Positions 9,186 to 17,949 of a stretch of 17,949 bases of DNA are shown here, in pieces. The stretch comes from Octopus sinensis (lineage: Eukaryota), in contig NW_021824576.1 of NCBI RefSeq assembly GCF_006345805.1, forward strand, positions 1 through 17,949. The letters run 5' to 3'. How positions within the stretch are numbered: the stretch's first letter is position 1; each line of letters starts with the position of its first letter. Under the pieces are notes generated by a model. The model worked only from the letters and a program-made list of their open reading frames with translations. It made no database searches and was not told the DNA's origin. The position numbers and the translations under genes are program-made.

Positions 9186-10854
9186 TCTCATTATAAAAGG
9201 CAGATTTTATCTGCCTCCCTTTGTAACTTATAGAAATCTACAATATAGGATTTCTTCAATTACAATTTACCTAGCATTTTTAAGAGTAGAATGCATCGGG
9301 TCATGCCAGGTCCAGTTTTTAAAATTTAAACTCCAATTAAGCAAAATTTACAGAAAACTCACATTCTGGTGTGTATGTCAAATGCTTTTCTTATGTGGTT
9401 TACACCACACGCACACGCACACACACAGTGTGCAACGAATAAAATGAAAGTAAATAGCGACAGAGTGATTTGAGGAAGACTAAACTGAAAGTATTTAAAC
9501 CACTAATCAAAAAATAAAAAAACACAGCAAACAGAAACAAAAAATACATAACGATTTACTCCTCACACAATTCTTCAATTAGAGTTTACCTAAGATTTTT
9601 CAATAGTACTACATTCGGTCATGCCATAATATATTTCTTTCAATTTCACCCCCAATTAAGACAAAATTCGAGAAAGCTCAATATTTTAACATTTCACTCC
9701 GAAAGCATTGATGTACATGTGTGCGTGCGTGAGTGTGTGTGTGTGTGTGGTGTGTGTGTGTTTGATGGGTTGTGCGACACAGAAAGTGTGGTGTGTAAGT
9801 GAAAGTGCTTTTGTTAGTGTGTGTAAAGAGACAGACAGAGTGAAAGACAGAAATAACTGAACTTTTTTTAATTCACTTTTTGTAGTGAGTGACTGAGAGA
9901 GAAAAGAGAGAGAGGAGGTTATGTATGTATATATGTATGTATGGCTTCAGTGACACACACACACAAAAAAACATACCTACGTACACCTAAAGCACGCACA
10001 CACACACACAAAGCGGAGCGAGCGCGAACTTCAAAATTTTGGTAGTATAAATTTGCGAGCATACTTCTAAGCGCGCGTAATTGAAAGTTTTCACTATGAT
10101 ATCATCACGTGCGAAAAAATTCGAAGGGTTTTGAACAATTGAGATACACATGTCCGCCTGTATTGAAAACCATGCTAAGCTGCCGTAATTGCTTAATTAA
10201 GACTTTGTTTAAATTGAAGGGGCAAATATGTGACGAGGTTGAAAAAAAATACCCCAGAAAAAAAAAATGTTACTGCTGGTATTTATATAATTCACTACTA
10301 TTTTGCTACAATGTCATGAAAAAGAAAAAATTTAGGTATGTAAATCGAATTCGCCACCCCCTTTTCCCCGTTCGCGTTTGTGTAAAAAAATTATTATTTA
10401 AGTTTTAAAAATTATTTACTTTGTTCAAAAAATATTAATATTAATTAATTTTCAAGATTATTTAATTTTATTCTGTAAAATAGTAATTATTCATTTATCT
10501 GTAAATCCGCGAGGTTGTTACTCAGACACCTAGAATGGTAACCTTCAACTAACACTATCTCCTCCGAGACCCTGCGGCGCAAGTTGACCAAAATTGAGAG
10601 TATGGTAGAAGAAGGGTTGCCCTTCCTTCGTAGAACAAAAAAATTCAAATTGGACCATGTTAAAACCAAAAATTATTTACATCAAAAAGATGCTTTTTTC
10701 TATGAAAATCCCTATTTTTTCGATTTTTTCACTGCTGTGTCGCCACTTTTCGGTGGTATTTCGACCAGAAAAATGTTCACAAAATTTTACTTTTCAAAAT
10801 TACAATTCCAGCAGGTCGAAACAAACCCGAGCAACACCGGGCTGATACTGCTAG
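9186..10854 (+). mobile_element. Probable non-autonomous Helitron (3' end well supported, 5' end tentative)
   Basis: 3' signature: CCCG-AGCAACAC-CGGG hairpin (10826-10841), then CTAG (10851-10854) followed by T. Candidate 5' end A|TCTCATTATAAAAGG at 9185/9186, with an 8-bp hairpin AGGCAGAT-TTT-ATCTGCCT (9198-9216). No Rep/helicase ORF. Confidence 0.55.
9252..9680 (+). repeat. Diverged ~110-bp direct repeat pair (9252-9361 and 9571-9680)
   Basis: Shared blocks in the same order, offset 319 bp: TTCTTCAATTA, TTTACCTA, GGTCATGCCA, CCAATTAAG, CAAAATT, AGAAA.CTCA. Confidence 0.75.
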
Positions 10855-10958
10855 TATATATAATATCTTTATATATATATATATATATATAATATAATAT
10901 AATATATATAATATATATATATATATAATATATATATATAATATATTATATTATATAT
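10855..10958. repeat. (TA)n/(TAA)n-type microsatellite
   Basis: Read directly from the sequence. Confidence 0.93.
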
Positions 10959-11129
10959 GCCATGCTGGAGCAACCGCCTCTAGTCGACCAAATTGACCCC
11001 GGGACTATATTCTTTGTAAGCCAGTACTTATTCTATCGGTCTCTTATGCCGAACCGCTAATTGACGGGGACGTAAAACACACCAGCATCTGTTGTCAAGC
11101 AATGCTAAGGGGACAAACACAGACACAAA

Positions 11130-11162
<33 letters not shown>

Positions 11163-11330
11163 CATATATACGACAGGCTTCTTTCAGTTTCCGTCTACCA
11201 AATCCACTCACAAGGCATTGGTCGGCCCGGGGCTATAGCAGAAGACACTTGCCCAAGATGCCACGCAGTGGGACTGAACCCGGAACGATGTGGTTGGTTA
11301 GCAAGCTATTTACCACCCAGCCACTCCTAT
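10959..11330 (-). mobile_element. tRNA-derived SINE, same family as 1294-1682, opposite orientation
   Basis: Minus-strand A box TGGCTGGGTGG (11313-11323) and B box GGTTCAGTCC (11271-11280). Colinear with 1294-1645, with a longer internal CA/TA tract (~11116-11169). Flanked by (TA)n on both sides. Confidence 0.9.
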
Positions 11331-11526
11331 GTTTATTATATATATATATATATATATATGTATGCATGTATATATATATATGTATATATTAATCCATATA
11401 AGGGTAGCAAAAAATTCAATAGAAATTTTTGGGCCACCAGCGGTCGAGTGAGAAAGAGAAAATAGTCACAGACTATATATATAAATTCAACACACATATA
11501 TACATGCATATATCTATATATTATCA

Positions 11527-11673
11527 ATTCAAAACATTAAGGAACGGCCCTGATAGGCCATGTTTTTAAATTTTCCTTCATTTCTTAATTATTACTGTTT
11601 TGCGGTTTGAGTATTGGCTGCTCTTTTAGTGGGTCGAATGACCTATCAGGGCCGTTCCTTAATGTTGTTGAAT
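11527..11673. mobile_element. Foldback element / MITE with ~35-bp terminal inverted repeats
   Basis: ACATTAAGGAACGGCCCTGATAGG (11534-11557) is the perfect reverse complement of CCTATCAGGGCCGTTCCTTAATGT (11642-11665). The match extends to ATTCAA...TTGAAT with one indel. Confidence 0.8.
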
Positions 11674-11760
11674 ATATATATATATATATGCATGTATAGT
11701 GTGTGTGTGTCTGTGTCTGTGTGTATGCAATATGTATATATGCATGCATGTATGTATATT
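11674..11760. repeat. Compound TA/TG/TATG microsatellite
   Basis: Read directly from the sequence. Confidence 0.9.
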
Positions 11761-11823
11761 AAAAGTCCTGTACACTCTGTAAATGTATATAAATAATCTA
11801 TGTTCATACAATACTAAATACAC

Positions 11824-14800
11824 CGTTTTGTTCATCTGGTCTTGTGGTGATAGCCGTGGCAGGAATCAAAGGGGAATGGTTCGGAAGTGTGGTTGGGAAG
11901 TGTAGGAGATAGTATAGAGGTGGTGTGATGTTGTGGTGGTGGTGGTGGTGGTGGTGAGGTTGGCTGTGGAGGTTATGAACATAATGCCAGGAGTGCTTGT
12001 GTATGGGCTGTGGTTGTTGTTGTTGGTGGTGGTGGTGGTGGTGGTTGTGGTAGCTGCGGTGGAGGTACTGGTGACAGTGGGGGTGGTGGTGGTGGCTGCG
12101 GTGGAGGTAGTGGTGACAGTGGGGGTGGTGGTTGTGGCTGCGGTGAGGAGTACTGGTGACAGTGGTGGTGGTGGTGGTAGCTGCGGTGGAGGTACTGGTG
12201 ACAGGGGGGTGGTGGTGGTGGCTGCGGTGGAGGTAATGGTGACAGTGGTGGTGGTGGTGGTGGTTGTGGCTGCGGTGGAGGTAATGTGACAGTGGTGGTG
12301 GTGGTTGTGGTCGGTGGTGGTTAGTGGTGGTAATGGTGACAGTGGGGGGTGGTGGGTGGTGGTGGGTGCGGTGGAAGGTACTGGTGACAGTGGGGTGGTG
12401 GTGGGGCTGCGGTGGAGGTAGTGGTGACAGTGGTGGTGGTGGTTGTGGCTGCGGTGGAGGTACTGGTGACAGTGGTAGGTGGTGGTTGTGGCTGCGGTGG
12501 AGGTAATGGTGACAGTGGTGTGGGTGGTGGTGGCTGCGGTGGAGGTGCTGGTGACAGTGGTGGTGTGGTGGTGGTGGCTGCGGTGGAGGTACTGGTGACA
12601 GTGGTGGTTTTTGGTGGTTGGGGCTGGGGCTGCGGGTGGAGGTAGTTGGTGACAGGTGTGGTGTGGTGGTGGGGTGGTGGCTGCCGGTGGAGGTAATGGT
12701 GACAGTGGTGGTGGTGGTTGTGGCTCGTGTGGTGGAGGTAATGGTGACAGGGGGGTGGTGAGGTGTGGGCTGTTGTGGAAGGTGTGGAGGGTAGTGGGAC
12801 AGAGGGGGGGTGGTTGGTGGTGGTGGCTGCGGTGGAGGTTATGGTGACAGTTGTGGTGGTGGTGGTGGCTTGGCGGTGGAGGTAGTGGTGACGATGACGG
12901 TGGTGGGTTTGGTGGTGGTGGCTGCGGTGGAGGTATGGTGCAGGTGGGGTGTGGTGGGTGTGGTTGTGGTGGTGGTGGGATCTGGTGGAGGTAATGGTGA
13001 CAGTGGGGGGGTGGTGGTTTGGGCTGCGGTGGGGTAATGGTGACAGTGGGGGTGGTGGTGGTGTGGCTGCGGTGGAGGTAATGGGACAGTGGTGTTGTGG
13101 TTGTGGCTGGGTGGACTCGTGGTAATGGTGACAGTGGTGGTGGTGGTGTGGCTGCGGTGGAGGTACTGGTGACAGTGGGGGTGGGTGGTGGGTGAGCTGC
13201 GGTGGAGGTACTGGTGACAGTTGGTGGTGGTGTTTGTGGCCGCGGGTGGAGCCGTGGGTGTGGTGACAGTGGTTGGGGGTGGTGGTGGCAGTCTGCGGTG
13301 GAGTAAGGCGTAGTGGTGACAGTGGTGGTGGTGGTGGTGGGCGGTGGAGGTACTGGTGACAGTGGGGGTGGTGGTGTGGCTGTGGTGGAGGTAATGGTGA
13401 CAGTGGTGGTGGTGGTTGTGGCTGCGGTGGAGGTAGTGGTGACAGTGGGGGTGGTGGTTGTGGCTGCGGTGGAGGTACTGTGACAGTGGGGGTGGTGGTG
13501 GTGGTTGTGGGCGGTGGAGGTAATGGTGACAGTGGTGGTGGTGGTTGTGGCTGGGTGGAAGGTAATGGTGACAGTGGTGGTGTGGTGGTGGTGGCTGCGG
13601 TGGAGGTAATGGTGACAGTGGTGGTGGTGGTTGTGGCTGCGGGGTAGGTACTGGTGACCAGTGGTGGTGGTGGTGGTGGCTGCGGTGGAGGGTCTGGTGA
13701 CAGTGGGGGTGGGTGGTGGTGGCTGCGGTGGAGGTAATGGTGACAGTGGTTGGGGGTGGTTGTGGCTGTGGTGGAGGTAATGGTGACAGTGGTGGTGGTG
13801 TTGTGGCCGCGGTGGAAGGTAGTGGTGACAGTGGGGGGGTGGTTGGTGTGGCTGCGGTGGAGGTACTGGTGACAGTGGTGGTGGTGTTGTGGCTGCGGTG
13901 GAGGAGGTACTGGTGACAGTGGTGGTGGTGGTGTGGCTGCGGTGGAGGTCGTGGTGACAGTGGGGGTGGTGGTTGTGGCTGCGGGTGGAGGTACTGGTGA
14001 CAGTGGTGGTGGTGGTGGTGGCTGCGGTGTGGAGGTAGTGGTGACAGTGGTGGTGGTGGTGGTGGCTGCGGTGGAGGTAATGGTGACAGTGGTGGTGGTG
14101 GTGGTGGTGGCTGCGGTGAGGTACTGGTGACAGTTGGTGGTGGTGTTGTGGCCGCGGTGCGTGGGAGGTAAGTGGTGGACAGTGGGGTGGTGGTTGTGGC
14201 TGCGGTGGAGGTAGTGGGAGTGGTGACAGTGGGGGGGTGGTTGTTTTGTGGCTGCCGGTGGAGGTAATGGTGACAGTGGGGTGGTGGTGGTGGCTGCGGT
14301 GGAGGTATGGTGACAGTGGTGGTGGTGGTGGTGGCTGCGGTGGAGGTAATGGTGACAGTGGTGGTGGTGGTGGTGGCTGCGGTGGAGGTACTGGTGACAG
14401 TGGTGGTGGTGGTTGTGGCTGCGGTGGAGGTACTGGTGACAGTGGGGGTGGTGGTGGTGGCTGCGGTGGAGGTAATGGTGACAGTGGGGGTGGTGGTGGT
14501 GGCTGCGGTGGAGGTAATGGTGACAGTGGGGTGGTGGTTGTGGCTGCGGTGGAGGTAATGGTGACAGTGGTGGTGGTGGTTGTGGCTGCGGTGGAGGTAC
14601 TGGTGACAGTGGTGGTGGTGGTTGTGGCTGCGGTGGAGGTAATGGTGACAGTGGTGGTGGTGGTTGTGGCTGCGGTGGAGGTAATGGTGACAGTGGGGGT
14701 GGTGGTTGTGGCTGCGGTGGAGGTACTGGTGACAGTGGTGGTGGTGGTTGTGGCTGCGGTGGAGGTAATGGTGACAGTGGTGGTGGTGGTGGTGGTTGTG

Positions 14801-17800
14801 GTGGAGGTACTGGTGACAGTGGTGGTGGTGGTGGTGGCTGCGGTGGAGGTAATGGTGACAGTGGTGGTGGGGTGTGGTTGTGGTGTGGGAGGTATGGTGA
14901 CAGTGGTGTGGTGGTTGGTGGCTGCGGTGGAGGTAATGGTGACAGTGGTGGTGGTGGTTGTGGCTGCGGTGGAGGTAATGGTGACAGTGGTGGTGGTGGT
15001 GGTGGTTGTGGTGGAGGTACTGGTGACAGTGGTGGTGGTGGTGGTGGCTGTGGTGGAGGTACTGGTGACAGTGGTGGTGGTGGTGGTGGGCTGCGGTGGA
15101 GGTAATGGTGACAGTGGGGTGGTGGTGGTGGCTGCGGTGGAGGTAATGGTGACAGTGGTGGTGGTGGTGGTGGTTGTGGCTGCGGTGGAGGTACTGGTGA
15201 CAGTGGTGGTGGTGGTGGTGGCTGCGGTGGAGGTACTGGTGACAGTGGTGGTGGTGGTTGTGGCTGCGGTGGAGGTAGTGGTGACAGTGGGGGTGGTGGT
15301 GGTGGCTGCGGTGGAGGTAATGGTGACAGTGGTGGTGGTGGTGGTGGTGGTGGCTGCGGTGGAGGTAGTGGTGACAGTGGTGGTGGTGGTGGTGGCTGCG
15401 GTGGAGGTACTGGTGACAGTGGGGGTGGTGGTGTTGGTTGGTTGTGGTGCGGTGGAGGTGGTGCGGTGGACAGTGGTGTTGGTGTGGTGGTGGTGGTGGT
15501 GGCTGCGGTGGAGGTACTGGTGACAGTGGTGGTGGTGGTGGTGGCTGCGGTGGAGGTACTGGTGACAGTGGTGGTGGTGGTGGTGGCTGCGGTGGAGGTA
15601 GTGGTGACAGTGGGGGTGGTGGTGGTGGCTGCGGTGGAGGTAATGGTGACAGTGGTGGTGGTGGTTGTGGCTGCGGTGGAGGTAATGGTGACAGTGGTGG
15701 TGGTGGTGGTGGTTGTGGCTGCGGTGGAGGTACTGGTGACAGTGGTGGTGGTGGTGGTGGCTGCGGTGGAGGTACTGGTGACAGTGGTGGTGGTGGTGGT
15801 GGCTGCGGTGGAGGTAATGGTGACAGTGGTGGTGGTGGTGGTGGCTGCGGTGGTAGTGGTGACAGTGGGGTGGTGGTGGTGGCTGCGGTGGAGGTAGTGG
15901 TGACAGTGGGGGTGGTGGTGGTGGCTGCGGTGGAGGTAATGGTGACAGTGGGGGTGGTGGTTGTGGCTGCGGTGGAGGTAATGGTGACAGTGGGGTGGTG
16001 GTGGTGGTGGTTGTGTGGCTGCGGTGGAGGTACTGGTGACAGTGGTGGTGGTGGTGGTGGTGGTGGGGCTGCGGTGGAGGTACTGGTGACAGTGGTGGTG
16101 TGGTGGTGGTGGCTGCGGTGGAGGTAGTGGTGACAGTGGGGGTGGTGGTGTGGCTGCGGTGGAGGTAATGGTGACAGTGGTGTGGTGGTGGTGGTGGTGG
16201 CTGCAGTGGAGGTACTGGTGACAGTGGTGGTGGTGGTTGTGGCTGCGGTGGAGGTAGTGGTGACAGTGTGGTGGTGGTGGGTGGCTGCGGTGGAGGTAAT
16301 GGTGACAGTGGTGGTGGTGGTGGTGGTGGTGGCTGCGGGGAGGTAGTGGTGACAGTGGGGGTGGTGGTGGTGGCTGCGGTGGAGGTACTGGTGACAGTGG
16401 GGGTGGTGGTGGTGGCTGCGGTGGAGGTAATGGTGACAGTGGTGGTGGTGGTTGTGGCTGTGGTGGAGGTAATGGTGACAGTGGGGGTGGTGGTTGTGGC
16501 TGTGGTGGAGGTAATGGTGACAGTGGTGGTGGTGGTGGTGGCTGTGGTGGAGGTAATGGTGACAGTGGGGGTGGTGGTGGTGGCTGCGGTGGAGGTACTG
16601 GTGACAGTGGGGGTGGTGGTGGTGGCTGTGGTGGAGGTAATGGTGACAGTGGGGGTGGTGGTGGTGGCTGCGGTGGAGGTAATGGTGACAGTGGGGGTGG
16701 TGGTTGTGGCTGCGGTGGAGGTACTGGTGACAGTGGTGGTGGTGGTTGTGGCTGCGGTGGAGGTAATGGTGACAGTGGTGGTGGTGGTGGTGGCTGCGGT
16801 GGAGGTAATGGTGACAGTGGTGGTGGTGGTGGTGGCTGCGGTGGAGGTAGTGGTGACAGGTGGGGTGGTGGTGGTGGGCTGCGGTGGAGGTAATGGTGAC
16901 AGTGGTGGTGGTGGTTGTGGCTGCGGTGGAGGTAACTGGTGACAGTGTGGTGGTGGTTGTGGCTGCGGTGGAGGTAGTGGTGACAGTGGTGGTGGTGGTG
17001 GTGGCTGCGTGGAGGTAGTGGTGACAGTGGGGTGGTGGTGTGGCTGCGGTGGAGGTAATGGTGACAGTGGTGGGTGGTGGTGGTGGCTGCGGTGGAGGTA
17101 GTGGTGACAGTGGGGGTGGTGGTGGTGGCTGCGGTGAGGTAATGGTGACAGTGGTGGTGGTGGTGGTTGGCTGCGGTGGAGGTAATGGTGACAGTGGGTG
17201 GTGGTGGTGGTGGCTGGGGGGTGGGGTAGTGGTGACAATTGGTGGTGGTGGTGGTGGCTGCGGTGGAGGTAATGGTGACAGTGGTGGTGGTGGTGGTGGC
17301 TGCGGTGGAGGTAATGGTGACAGTGGTGGTGGTGGTTGTGGCTGGCGGTGGAGGTATGGTGACAGTGGGGGTGGTGGTGGTGGCTGCGGGGTGGAGGTGG
17401 TGACAGTGGGGGTGGTTGGTGGTGGCCTGCGGTGGAGGTAGTGGTGACAGTGGTGGTGGTGGTGGTGGCTGCGGTGGAGGATACGTGGTGACAGTGGTGG
17501 GTGGTGTGGTGGCTATGCGCGGTGGAGGATAGTGGTGACAGTGGGTGGTGGTGGTATGGGGCTGCGGTGGAGTAGTGGTGACAGTGGTGGTGTTGGTGGT
17601 GGCTGCGTGTGGAGGTAACTGGTGACAGTGGTGGTGGTGGTGGTAGCTGCGGTGAGAGGTACTGGTGACAGTGGTTGGTGGTGTGGGTGCTGCGGTGGAG
17701 GTACTGGTGACAGTGGTGGTGGTGGTGGGTGGCTGCGGTGGAGGTACTGGTGACAGTGGTGGTGGTGGTGGCTGCGTGTGAGAGGTACTGGTGACAGTTG

Positions 17801-17949
17801 GTGGTGGTTGTGGCTCGCGGTGGAGGTATTGGTGCACAGTGGTGTTGGTGGTGGTGGCTTGCGTGGAGGTAGTGGTGACAGTGGGGGGTGTGGTGGTGGC
17901 TGCGGTGGAGGTACTGGTGACAGTGGTGGTGGTGGTGTTGGCTGCGGTG
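11824..17949 (-). CDS. Candidate large repetitive exon of a Thr/Ser/Pro-rich mucin-like protein (unit TVT(I/S/T)TSTAATTT(T/P)); reading frame broken by indels in this assembly
   Basis: The minus-strand ACC frame uses almost only T/S/A/V/I/P. Thr/Ser/Pro-rich sequence continues into the non-repetitive end (SPYTSTPGIMFITSTANLTTTT), and composition switches abruptly to AT-rich after a GT at 11823-11822. No signal peptide or folded domain is visible, so coding status and strand are unproven. Confidence 0.4.
12030..17949. repeat. Large tandem array, modal unit ~42 nt: (GGT)n-GGC-TGC-GGT-GGA-GGT-A(A/C/G)T-GGT-GAC-AGT; roughly 140 copies by length/period; continues past the window end
   Basis: The GGTGACAGT and GCTGCGGTGGAGGTA anchors recur throughout. 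Period is 42 at e.g. 14557/14599/14641, and unit length varies mainly by GGT triplets. Confidence 0.97.

Noticed and set aside
10109-10892. ORFs of 99 and 102 aa as Helitron Rep/helicase or captured gene fragments
   Set aside because: No HUH or helicase motifs are recognisable; they look like AT-rich chance ORFs.
11866-17837. The 1790-aa and 1838-aa minus-strand ORFs as real proteins
   Set aside because: The repeat unit has no stop in any minus frame, so these ORFs drift among Thr-, Pro- and His-rich registers at each indel. Their length is not evidence of coding and the mosaic translation is not credible.
12030-17949. His/Cys frame (HHHCHHYLHRS) as a cephalopod histidine-rich beak protein or metal-binding protein
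   Set aside because: It lacks the Gly/Ala-rich His motifs I associate with those proteins. It is simply an alternative frame of (CAC)n and has no independent support.

Overview
Eukaryotic, repeat-dense genomic DNA with no clearly intact host gene. From memory the SINE and RTE families look like octopus/cephalopod repeats; this is not verified by any search. The left ~11.8 kb is a mosaic of decayed mobile elements among (TA)n/(AAT)n/(CA)n microsatellites. It holds three tRNA-headed SINE copies, a 5'-truncated RTE LINE whose RT carries an inserted PHD-type zinc finger, and a convergent 5'-truncated CR1-group LINE. It also holds two Penelope-like (PLE) coding fragments, a TTAA-flanked piggyBac-type MITE, a probable non-autonomous Helitron, a foldback MITE, and a ~94-bp tandem array with a degenerate hammerhead-like core. 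The right ~6 kb (running off the window) is a ~42-nt tandem array open in five of six frames. It may be a large Thr-rich mucin-like exon (minus strand), a Gly/Cys-rich structural-protein exon (plus strand) or a non-coding minisatellite. The 1790-aa and 1838-aa ORFs in the track are artefacts of that stop-free unit.
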